Shown piece by piece: positions 1 through 9,351 of a DNA stretch of 14,864 bases (positions are counted from its first letter, which is position 1; each line of letters opens with the position of its first letter). Both the position numbers and the translations under genes were made by a program. Source of the stretch: Octopus sinensis. Taxonomy: Eukaryota. Location: positions 1 through 14,864 of the forward strand of contig NW_021825714.1 of NCBI RefSeq assembly GCF_006345805.1, written 5' to 3'. The notes under the pieces are model-generated. The model saw nothing but the letters and a program-made list of their open reading frames with translations. It did no database searches and was not told where the DNA came from.

Positions 1-269
1 TTCGAAGGAGGTAATGCTACTTTTAAATAAGGAGTGATCACATCGATGGATACTTGTAGAATATTAATTGCAACAACAAGAAGGACAACTATGTTGTGAA
101 TATGATAATATTCAATTTCGATAATGAAACGCTTGCTCTGTCGTAATATTAATGTCTCGACGCAATATCAGTGGGAGGTGAGGAAATCTCTGCCATAAAG
201 ACCGGGTTTTATGTTCACGTAATTGAAGTCCGCCAGTCTCACAAAGAACGTATACTTGATACTATGCAT

Positions 270-447
270 TTATATCGATATATACATATATATATAGATA
301 TGTGTGTATATGTATCCAAATGTGTGTGTATTTATATATATACGTGCATACATACATACGTACATACATATATACATGTGTGTGTGTATATATATACATA
401 GAGAGAGAGAGAGAAAGAGAGAGAGAGACATATATATATGTATATAT

Positions 448-482
<35 letters not shown>

Positions 483-507
483 CATACATACACACATACG
501 TACATAC
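270..507. repeat. Compound (TA)/(TG)/(CATA)/(GA) microsatellite
   Basis: Read directly from the sequence. It accounts for the overlapping Y/I/H/T and ER-repeat ORFs at 171-739. Confidence 0.95.
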
Positions 508-862
508 TCTGAATTTGACTCTCCAGATATTTAAGATAAACTTGCGGTCGTATATTCGTAGTAAAGGCATCTTTTTAACCTTTTCCTCTAAATCAGACAT
601 CGTGATTAGCAATAAAAGTATCGATCTGAATAGCTTCGATATTTATCAAAGTCTGATCAGAAATATGTTATTCTATTCTGTTCAAAAAGGCAAAATTTGT
701 CTATCTCTACATCAAATACGAAATCCAGATCAGTTCTGACAGGTCTGCATAATTTGCATAACTTTGCAAACGTTAGCCACATGAAAGAATTAATTCATCA
801 GAAATTAGAAGCTATGGGTTTATCTCAAAGTAATACTAATTCCAACATATAGCGTATTTATG

Positions 863-919
863 GATCCTCTTTCGGATTTGTGATTCTCTTTCGGATTTCT
901 GATCCTCTTTCGGATATGT
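863..919. repeat. 19-bp minisatellite x3 (GATCCTCTTTCGGATTTGT-like)
   Basis: Units 863-881 gatcctctttcggatttgt, 882-900 gattctctttcggatttct and 901-919 gatcctctttcggatatgt. Confidence 0.9.
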
Positions 920-1147
920 GCTTCCAAAATAATGTGGTACTTATTACAATAGTAACAATACAGAAAACGTTTGAATAGCATACAACTGAAAATCATCTGC
1001 AGGATGTCAACAGAACGGATAGACAGTCCGAAACTTGAATCTTGTCAATCTCAGTCACAGATTTTTTAAATTAATTTTTTAACAAAACAGTTTGGAACTT
1101 CGGATACTGGTTGGATGTGTCTCGTAGAACAGGGTTTACACTTAACG

Positions 1148-1544
1148 TTTACTCTTTACTCTTTTACTTGTTTCAGTCATTTGACTGCGGCCATGCTGGA
1201 GCACCGCCTTTAATCGAGCAACTTGACACCGGGACTTATTCTTTTGTAAGCCCAGTACTTATTTTATCGGTCTTTTTTGCCGAACCGCTAAGTTACGGGG
1301 ACATAAACACACCAGCATCGGTTGTCAAGCAATGCTAGGGGGACAAACACAGACACACAAACACACACACGCATATACATATATACGACGGGCTTCTTTC
1401 AGTTTCCGTCTACCAAATCCACTCACAAGGCTTAGGTCTGCCCGAGGCTATAGTAGAAGACACTTGCCCAAGGTGCCACGCAGTGGGACTGAACCCGGAA
1501 CCATGTGGTTGGTAAACAAGCTACTTACCACACAGCCACTCCTG
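1148..1544 (-). mobile_element. tRNA-derived SINE, near full length, with (AAAGAGT)-like 3' tail
   Basis: Minus strand shows A box TGGCTGTGTGG (1528-1538) and B box GGTTCAGTCCC (1485-1495). It also has a CCTTGGGCAAGTG CORE-like motif (1461-1473), an internal TG/TA microsatellite (~1345-1385) and a tandem TTTACTC tail at 1148-1167. It resembles octopus SINEs from memory. No TSD was found. Confidence 0.85.
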
Positions 1545-1776
1545 ACAAATTTTGTATTTTAGAAGTTATTTCGTGTTAAACTTGTCGTATTTGGGTAATT
1601 TTAACCGATCAGTGACGTGTATTCAGCGGAAGAAAGTTACTGCTGCTGTTTGCGAACAACAGCTTCCGAGTCCGTTGACAAAACGATGAATCTTCGACAA
1701 CAGAAAATTTTAACTGCCTTAATAAAACCCTTCTGTAATAACCAGAGATGTTTTTATAGTAACATATGAGAATGTG

Positions 1777-1802
1777 TCTATCTATCTCTTTATCTATCTA
1801 TC

Positions 1803-1897
<95 letters not shown>

Positions 1898-1952
1898 TAC
1901 ACAAATATATATGCAGGCATACATACATACGTATTGATATATATATATGTAT
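1777..1952. repeat. Compound (CTAT)/(CT)/(TA) microsatellite
   Basis: Read directly from the sequence. Confidence 0.95.
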
Positions 1953-2032
1953 ACCGGAGTAAACACATAAATGTGAAACAAGGTGGAAAAAAGAGTAACA
2001 GGTTATGTTGAATCTTCTGCTGCTTTAAATAA

Positions 2033-2033
<1 letters not shown>
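1953..2033. mobile_element. Rearranged fragment of the hammerhead-bearing repeat family seen at 9352-9560
   Basis: 1954-1997 resembles the reverse complement of ~9515-9557. 1993-2033 (gagtaacag...tgctgctttaaataaa) resembles 9446-9486 in direct orientation. It is flanked by (TA)n on both sides. Confidence 0.6.
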
Positions 2034-2116
<83 letters not shown>

Positions 2117-2122
2117 TATATA

Positions 2123-2153
<31 letters not shown>

Positions 2154-2245
2154 TTAATATATATATATATATTATATATATATAAATATTATATATATAT
2201 ATATGTATGTGTGTGTATGTGTGCATATTTATATATACATATACA
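2034..2245. repeat. (TA)/(TG) microsatellite
   Basis: Read directly from the sequence. Confidence 0.95.
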
Positions 2246-2604
2246 CGTAATAAGTTCTAAAATACAAAATTTTGTCAAAGAAACGTTAAGTGTAAACCTT
2301 ATTCTACGTGACACATTCAACCAGTATCCGATGTTCCAAACTGTTTTGTTAAAAAAAAATTAATTTTAAAAAGTCTGTGACTGAGAGTGACAAAATCCTG
2401 AAACTTATCACTTCAAAAATATGATGAATGTGAACGTTACATGGCTGAATTTTTAATACAGCTTGGTTATTTGGGAATGAGCTCAGTTAATGCCCGCCCT
2501 CATTTTTTTTTAAGAGAACCTCAAAATCCTCCGTAGCTCTTCATCTCTCTAATCATTAACCGGTGTTACTAGTGCTGACGTGCTTTTGCAATATTCTTTT
2601 ATAT

Positions 2605-2724
2605 AAAACACACACAGATATTTGTGTGTATTTAGAATATACATATATATATATATAATATATATATATACATACGCACGCATACTCACACACACACACA
2701 AACATATGTATATATACACATACA

Positions 2725-2774
<50 letters not shown>

Positions 2775-2786
2775 TGTATATATACA

Positions 2787-2864
<78 letters not shown>

Positions 2865-2881
2865 TAACTATATAGATGGTT

Positions 2882-2935
<54 letters not shown>

Positions 2936-3180
2936 GGAGATAACTATAGATGGTTAGATATATATATATATATATTATATATATATAATATATATACATA
3001 CGCACACATGCACACATACATGCACCTACACACACACACATATGCATATATACATGTATGTATATTTGTACAATATATTTGCTATACTTACACACACATA
3101 CACATACATATGTATACACACACACACGCATGCGTATAAACTCACACATAAATATGCATACACATGCACATGTATATGTT
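2605..3180. repeat. Compound (TA)/(CA)/(GA) microsatellite field with an internal tandem duplication
   Basis: Read directly from the sequence. The unit (TA)n-(GA)n-GAGATAACTA(TA)TAGATGGTTAGA occurs twice (cores at ~2861-2884 and ~2937-2958). Confidence 0.9.
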
Positions 3181-3630
3181 AGAAACAAGGTCGTGAGAAT
3201 TGACGAAACAGAGTGTGAAAAAGAATAATAGCATTAACTGGAAGGCGCCATGACAGCATTAGACTGTAGACAGCTGCACACTGCAAATACAGATTCATCA
3301 ACTAACAATCTGTTCCTTATACAATTTATATCACTTATCCTAAAGAAGCAAGTCCATTGCCGGCCTCTTACACATATGCCGCTGCTTTAATCACCTAATA
3401 ACTTATCTTTCATATGTTTGCCAACTCTTACATAGAATTAAATGGATCGGTATCAAGAAAACGGGGTTCTATCGCCACCGAAGATAACAGCATTCTATAT
3501 ATCAAACGGAACAAATGTATAAGTGTTCGTTGAAGACATAGAGGCATATCATCGGTTCCTTCGCTTATATATTTAATAGTGGTCGTCGTCGGCTTCATCA
3601 TCATCATTATCCTCATCGTCATCATCAACA

Positions 3631-3730
3631 AGCTGGTAAAATCTTAGCGGCATTTCGTCCGTCTGAGTTCAAAATACCACCGAAGTCGACTTTGTATTTC
3701 ATTCTTTCAGGGTCGATAAAATATGTACCA
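3631..3730 (+). mobile_element. Degenerate, truncated tRNA-derived SINE fragment
   Basis: It has an A-box-like AGCTGGTAAAATCTTAGC and a B-box-like GAGTTCAAAATACC, followed by GTCGACTTTG...GGGTCGATAAA, which resembles a common octopus SINE from memory. No TSD or tail was found. Confidence 0.5.
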
Positions 3731-4478
3731 TTTCAAGTCTGGAGTCAATCAGTCTTAGAAACATATAATCTAACGTTTCTTGGGTACATAATTACAAACT
3801 TAACTATCTATAACCCGATTCAATAGTAACACAAAATCAAAAACCCAATCAAATAAATTATAAAATTGATAATTACCCAAATCATCTAACAATAAATAGC
3901 ACAATAAGTTATAAAGAATAATCTAAATTAAACTAATCAATATTAAGCACTAAAACCAAAAATCACATCTTATATACTGAACATCCAGCGAATAACGAAT
4001 GACTCTTAACGCTCAGGAACATTCCAAATCAGATATATGACTATTGTTTGAATGACGACTAATAGTAAGAAAACACATGGTCAATAACTTAAAAAAAGAA
4101 ATCGAATAACTAAATCAATAAATTAATAATCTCAATAAATTCAAAATTTCTACTCACCAGGAAACATGTTGAGACTGTCTATCTGTTACACATGTTCTGG
4201 CCAAAAAGTCAATATTCAAGCTGAATAGAGGAAGAAGCAGCATTAGTTATCCAACGAGATGCGTCGAAACAAAATACGTAGAGACCACTCAAGACCATTC
4301 TTCCTCATATGCTGTCCCTGTATACATAACTATTCGGCAGTTAAGAAATTCTTAAGCAAATTCTATAATTCTATATTTTCGCACATATCTAAACATTTAC
4401 TTCAACATAATTAGTATTTTCAATTTAGCTTCGTGTTGCCAACCAAAATCATTTCTAATTCATTAAAAGAATATCATT

Positions 4479-4801
4479 CTAGAAAGACTCCGCCGGTTAC
4501 GACGACGAGGGTCCCAGCTGATACGATCAACGGAACCGCTTGCTCGTGAAATTAACGTGCAAATGGCTGAGCATTCCACAGACACGTGTACCCTTAACGT
4601 TCGGGGATAATCAGCGTGACACAGAGAGTGACAAGGCTGACCCTTTGAAATACAAGTACAACTCATTTTTGCCAGCTGAGTGGACTGGAGCAACGTGAAA
4701 TAAAGTGTCTTGCTCAAGGACACAACGCGTCGCCGGGAATCGAACTCACAACCTTACGATCATGAGCCGAATGCCCTAACCACTCAGCCACGCGCCCTCA
4801 C
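4479..4801 (-). mobile_element. tRNA-derived SINE with 14-bp TSD
   Basis: Minus strand shows A box TGGCTGAGTGG (4780-4790), B box GAGTTCGATTCC (4736-4747) and a TGTCCTTGAGCAAGACAC motif after the head. A perfect direct repeat AAAAGAATATCATT sits at 4465-4478 and 4802-4815. Confidence 0.92.
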
Positions 4802-5555
4802 AAAAGAATATCATTATGTCCATCGCGATTACGCTCTATTCATCTTTTAGTATAAAAAATATTGGTGTAGTAATCATTTGTTCAATCAAATTTCTAACAG
4901 CAAAAATCTTTTATGATTTATATTTTCTTCAGAAAATGCCCCGTAAAATGTGCCAGTTCTTTAGACAGTGGATTATTATCATTATTCCTTTTAATCCATT
5001 TTCTTTTTGGAATTCCTGGTGTCTTGCATGCGTAGCAGGCTTGCTACCTGTAGCCTACAATGATATGCTATCTGTTCTTTTCAAACATCTAATACTTTTC
5101 CAAATATTCAGGCTGTCCGAAAGAACAATTTAGATGAACAATTTTGTAATTTTTGTATTTTTATTTTTTCTCTTTTTTTTCTGTATATTTCTGGAATTTT
5201 AATACGTCATGTTTTATGATTTTAAGCGTAAATTCACTGCTTTGTTTGTAACACTGATTCTTATATATTTATATATATTATATGATGTTTATTTATTTAT
5301 ATATATTATTATATTTTTAAATGTCGGACTTTATATCTGTCCTGTAGATATAAATGAATATATGAATATATGAATATATGTTTGTACTTGATCTTTCTGT
5401 GTGGATTTTAGTAATGTTCCTTAATTACTGCTCGTATTGGCTCCGCTCAGATTAAGAAGTGGAATATAGCTCATTTGGAGCACTACAACTCCAGTCTGTT
5501 TTATATTTTGAGTATTATTATTACTAGCGATCTCAAGATATAATTGTATATTTTG

Positions 5556-5596
<41 letters not shown>

Positions 5597-5599
<3 letters not shown>

Positions 5600-5810
5600 A
5601 CATAGGGAAAGTTTACGAAAATAAACAAAAGACGAAGACAGGTGGTGTACAAAACAAACAGATGTATTAATATAGCACTCAGGAATAGAAAAAGTCTTTT
5701 ACGTTTCGAGCCTACGCTCTTCTACAGAAAGGTACATAGAAAAAACAAGGAGAGAAAAACATGTGTGTAGTGGCTAACGATTTATCATGGCGTCTGACTC
5801 GGGCAAATAC
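5597..5810 (-). mobile_element. Non-autonomous repeat (probable Penelope-like pLTR remnant), copy 1
   Basis: Highly similar to 7998-8160 over ~150 bp. It is flanked by (TA)n at 5562-5596 and 5811-5825 and contains a hammerhead-like motif. The PLE assignment is inferred. Confidence 0.7.
5696..5731 (-). ncRNA. Minimal type I hammerhead ribozyme-like motif (variant core)
   Basis: Minus strand reads CTTT-CTGTAGA-A-GAGC GTAG GCTC-GAA-ACGT-A-AAAG. Stem I is CTTT/AAAG, stem II is GAGC/GCTC, stem III is the palindrome ACGT and the triplet is GTA. Deviations are A6 to T and one extra A before stem II. Confidence 0.55.
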
Positions 5811-6712
5811 ATATATATATATATAATAGATCCATACATACTCACAAACACATATGTGGTATGTGTGCATAGCATTTATGCAGCTAAATGCTTTACAATT
5901 TTGTATGACAGAGAATGGAAATTGCTTATTGCAATCACCGTCGGGCGAAAGTTTTTCGTTAACTCTAACAGTAATTAGCAAATAAAGAGTCGGGATCTCA
6001 TTAAATTGATTCCAGTAAATGGTTGATAACACTCTTCGTCATTATAAATGGCCACTAATATAATAAACGTCCGTACGTATATTTGTGTGTGTGTGTATAT
6101 GTGTGCGCATGTTCTTGTAAGTGTGTGTAACTTTTTGACCCCATAGTTAACACAGATCGTAGTCAGAGTCAGACCTCATATCACAATTGATCAGAGGTTT
6201 GTGTCACATTAATTAGGAACAATCACGGTTAACTAACCATACTAATTAACTGACAACAGAAATAGACTTTTATATAACTAACCACATTTACTATTATGAA
6301 GACAGCATTGCAAAAACAATGATATATTTAGTACATAAGTCATCCGGAACTCTAAGAGCATGTTACTATATTAAAACTGCATACAAACATGCAATTAAAT
6401 TTCACTTTCGCATTAATTCATTTCGCATTAAATCGAAAGTGAAACTTGTATAACGGACAAGTAAGAGCTACTATCTTTGAAATATGTCTGGGAAAATTTC
6501 TATCTAATTAAATGACTCACACCGTGACTTTTACCTGGCATAGAAACGTAGAACAAGCGAATGTCATGAGCCAATATGTGGGTGACTAACTTTCTAGTCG
6601 TAGTTGCCAAATCACCTGCACAGCACACCTGAGCACATGATGAAATTCAAGCGTGAGATAGAAAAGTATAAAGAAAGTTGACGTTTCCACCTTATTGGTC
6701 TCGTCTCAACCC

Positions 6713-6875
6713 CTTCTTCTTCTTCTTCTTCTTCTTCTTCTTCTTCTTCTTCTTCTTCTTCTTCTTCTTTTTCTTCTTCTCCTCCTCCTCCTCCTTCTTC
6801 TTCTTCTTCTTTTTCTTCTTCTTCTTCTTCTTCTTCTCCTTCTTCTTCTTCTTCTTCTTCTTCTTCTTCTTCTTC
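6713..6875. repeat. (CTT)n/(GAA)n trinucleotide array with CCT interruptions
   Basis: Read directly from the sequence. It accounts for the poly-E/K/F/L ORFs. Confidence 0.97.
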
Positions 6876-7445
6876 ATACTCTACCTCTTTTTCTTCAATC
6901 TTTTCTCCTGCTTCTCCCTTCATATTCCTTCTCACCCTCCTCCTCCACTCGTCCTCATTTGTCTTATTATTTCATCCTTTTACGTACATAGCATTCCCAA
7001 TATTACAGACTGTTTGGGCCAAAAACTTATTTTCATCCTCGATCTGTTTACATTTTTAAAAAATATAACTCCCATATTTGGTTACCTTTAGTAATTAATA
7101 CAAAAGCCCAGATTATAAATGGATTTTACTATTTTTTGTAATTCATTTTTATATATTCTATCTCCTTTATTTAATATAAAATCCACTTTAAAATTTTGAC
7201 CTCTATTATGAAGCGACTAGTGCCTTATCCACACTAATTCTTATGGTGTCCCCTAATCTTTGCTTTACTACAAAATTTTATGTTTGTAACTACTCCTAAA
7301 TCTCATACATTTGACACTCTTTACATTTCAACCCCTCACAAACTTCGATGCGTTTTCCTTCGACTGTGTCCTTACTCTAGGAGGAAACTATCGAATTCGA
7401 TAGATTAACTGCTTTCGCGATACGTTCTGCTATATTTAATAACAT

Positions 7446-7686
7446 GTGGAGGCGCAATGGCCTAGTGGTTAGGGCAGCAGACTCGCGGTCGTAGGATCGC
7501 GGTTTCGGAGGCTCCGGCAGGGGGTGGTGATCCCTGCTGTACTCTTTCACCATTTTTTCTCCCACTCTTTCTTCTGTTGGCCTGCTCGCTTAGCCAGCGG
7601 GGTGGCGTCACTCGAAGGCTAAAACAATGCGAACGCATTGTGACCAGCGATGTGTAACTACATCTGATGGACTGGTCGGTCACGTG
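7446..7686 (+). mobile_element. tRNA-derived SINE with 14-bp TSD and a disrupted B box
   Basis: A box TGGCCTAGTGG at 7458-7468. The B box breaks off after GGTTTCG (7501-7507). A perfect direct repeat ATATTTAATAACAT sits at 7432-7445 and 7687-7700. Confidence 0.88.
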
Positions 7687-7964
7687 ATATTTAATAACAT
7701 ATTACATTGAAATATATCGTGCAGTTGAAAACCTAGTTTAGAGTGAAACATTTGGCCACATGAATCAAATTATTTTCCTTCCTATCTCTCTCATATATTC
7801 ATATCTGAGTGCGCGTGACCCGCTACCCAGTGTTCTGAGAGTTTCCGGAGATTCCAGCATAGCTCTGAATCTTTGAATTAATAGATGTTATTCAAATCTA
7901 TTTGATACCACTGAGATTTCTAGTCGCATAATTTCCATTCATACCAGTACGAAAACTTACCTTA

Positions 7965-7997
<33 letters not shown>

Positions 7998-8000
<3 letters not shown>

Positions 8001-8160
8001 AGAGTTTACGAAACAAAAGACGAAGACAGGTGGTGTACAAAACAAACAGATGTATTAGTATAACGCTCAGGAATAGAAAAAGTATTTTACGTTTCGAGCC
8101 TACGCATCAGAAAGGGACACAGAAAAAACAAGGAGAGAAAAAAAAGGAGAGAAAGAATAC
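7998..8160 (-). mobile_element. Non-autonomous repeat (probable Penelope-like pLTR remnant), copy 2
   Basis: Paralog of ~5605-5760, flanked by (TA)n at 7970-7997 and 8161-8170. Its hammerhead-like motif at 8084-8114 keeps CTGAT but has lost 5 nt (GAAGA). Confidence 0.7.
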
Positions 8161-8170
8161 ATATATATAT

Positions 8171-8240
8171 TTAACCCCCTGATGAATGACTGCGACTCAA
8201 AAATTTGAAGAAGTTAGCAGGCATGAAACGATCGTAGTGT
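8171..8240 (+). ncRNA. Type I hammerhead ribozyme-like motif with intact core and long stem II
   Basis: Core CTGATGA at 8179-8185. Stem II is ATG/CAT plus CTGC/GCAG plus GACT/AGTT (8186-8224), followed by GAA at 8225-8227, the palindrome ACGATCGT at 8228-8235 and cleavage-site A8236. Stem I is weak (CCCC vs GTGT). Confidence 0.6.
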
Positions 8241-8367
8241 GATATTAATTATATTTTTTTAATAATTTTGTTATATATTTAAATAATATAAATTAAATAA
8301 TCTTATGTATTGGCTTAAGTTTTTCATTGTTTGATTTGCCTAACCGTGGTTTTGTCTCTAATTTAAT

Positions 8368-8465
8368 ATAATATATATATATATATTATATATATATGTA
8401 TGTATGTATATGTATATATCTATCCGTCTGTTTGTCTATCTATCTATCTATATATATATGTATGC
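8368..8465. repeat. (TA)/(TATG)/(CTAT) microsatellite
   Basis: Read directly from the sequence. Confidence 0.9.
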
Positions 8466-8814
8466 GTGAGTCGAAAGTTTAGATTTAAAGCACCAAAGGA
8501 ATGGCAGAGTAAAAGACGGTCCATGAACATGTGTAAAAGACAACATTCCAGACGTTATGAACTTTTAAGTTTCGTCCACATAAACGCCGCTTTTTCAACG
8601 TTTTGCACCTTAAAATTTATGAGTTACACTGAGATTTGAGTGTAGAGAATTAGTCTATGGGTTTCCTGATTTAAAGTGACATTTGCTATTTTTCTTTTCT
8701 TAGCATTCCTACACATTCCTTAATTCCAGAAAGTGGTACATTTCGAAACTTTCACTTTCCGATTCTTTCAGTGAGTCTTTACTTTTTCTTCCACTGTTGT
8801 TATGTTTTCCACCT

Positions 8815-8876
8815 CTTTCTCCCTTCCCGTCCCTCTCCTCTCTCTCTTTCTCTCTTTTTTGCTTTGCCTCTCTGTA

Positions 8877-8908
<32 letters not shown>

Positions 8909-9189
8909 GTTTTCTATCTACTTGCTTACCGTGAATGCCTCTCCGTGCTTGACTCTCTGCTTATATTCATATATTAACATGTGTGATGAGTGAGTTTGTG
9001 CGTATGTGTATATATTATATATATACATATATATATGCACACACATACACACAGATATATATGTATATATATATATATAATATATGCGTGTGTGTGTGTG
9101 TGTGTGCATGCAATAAAAAAACACTTGTTTCAGCAGTATTTGGATATATATTGTCCCTTGGTGGGTTGGATTCACAACCTCTAACTTTA

Positions 9190-9236
<47 letters not shown>

Positions 9237-9237
9237 G
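8815..9237. repeat. (CT)-rich tract followed by (TA)/(CA)/(TG) microsatellites
   Basis: Read directly: CT-rich ~8815-8910, TA/CA/TG ~8985-9110 and TA ~9190-9237. Confidence 0.85.
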
Positions 9238-9351
9238 ATTAAAATATTAAATTAAAATCTTTTAATCTTCGGATTTTTTAATATGCTAGGCCACTGGTTT
9301 TAATTGAGTAATATAAATTTCTACCCTTATTCAATTTTATATATATATATA

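Noticed and set aside
745-770. Octamer ATTTGCAT (752-759) within short TGCATAA repeats
   Set aside because: A single 8-mer is expected by chance in AT-rich DNA, and there is no snRNA or promoter context.
863-919. CRISPR-like array
   Set aside because: The units are contiguous with no spacers, and the context is eukaryotic.
1005-1050. Hammerhead-like GGAT...GTCC-GAAAC...GTC
   Set aside because: The upstream CTGAnGA core is absent (CAACAGAAC) and there is no stem I.
1610-1670. TGACGT and CGGAAG motifs plus a small hairpin suggesting a promoter
   Set aside because: Short motifs only, with no transcript or exon evidence.
4248-4290. Hammerhead-like CCAACGA-GATGCGTC-GAAAC...GTA
   Set aside because: G5 is mutated, the stem II loop is only 2 nt and there is no stem I, so it is likely chance.
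4479-4801. Possible genuine tRNA genes at the SINE heads (also 1485-1544 and 7446-7510)
   Set aside because: No complete cloverleaf or acceptor stem and no T-run terminator. They continue into SINE bodies, two of them bounded by TSDs.
5000-5520. Candidate micro-exons near 5060-5120 (-) and 5450-5515
   Set aside because: There are stops in all frames or weak splice signals, and no recognisable peptide.
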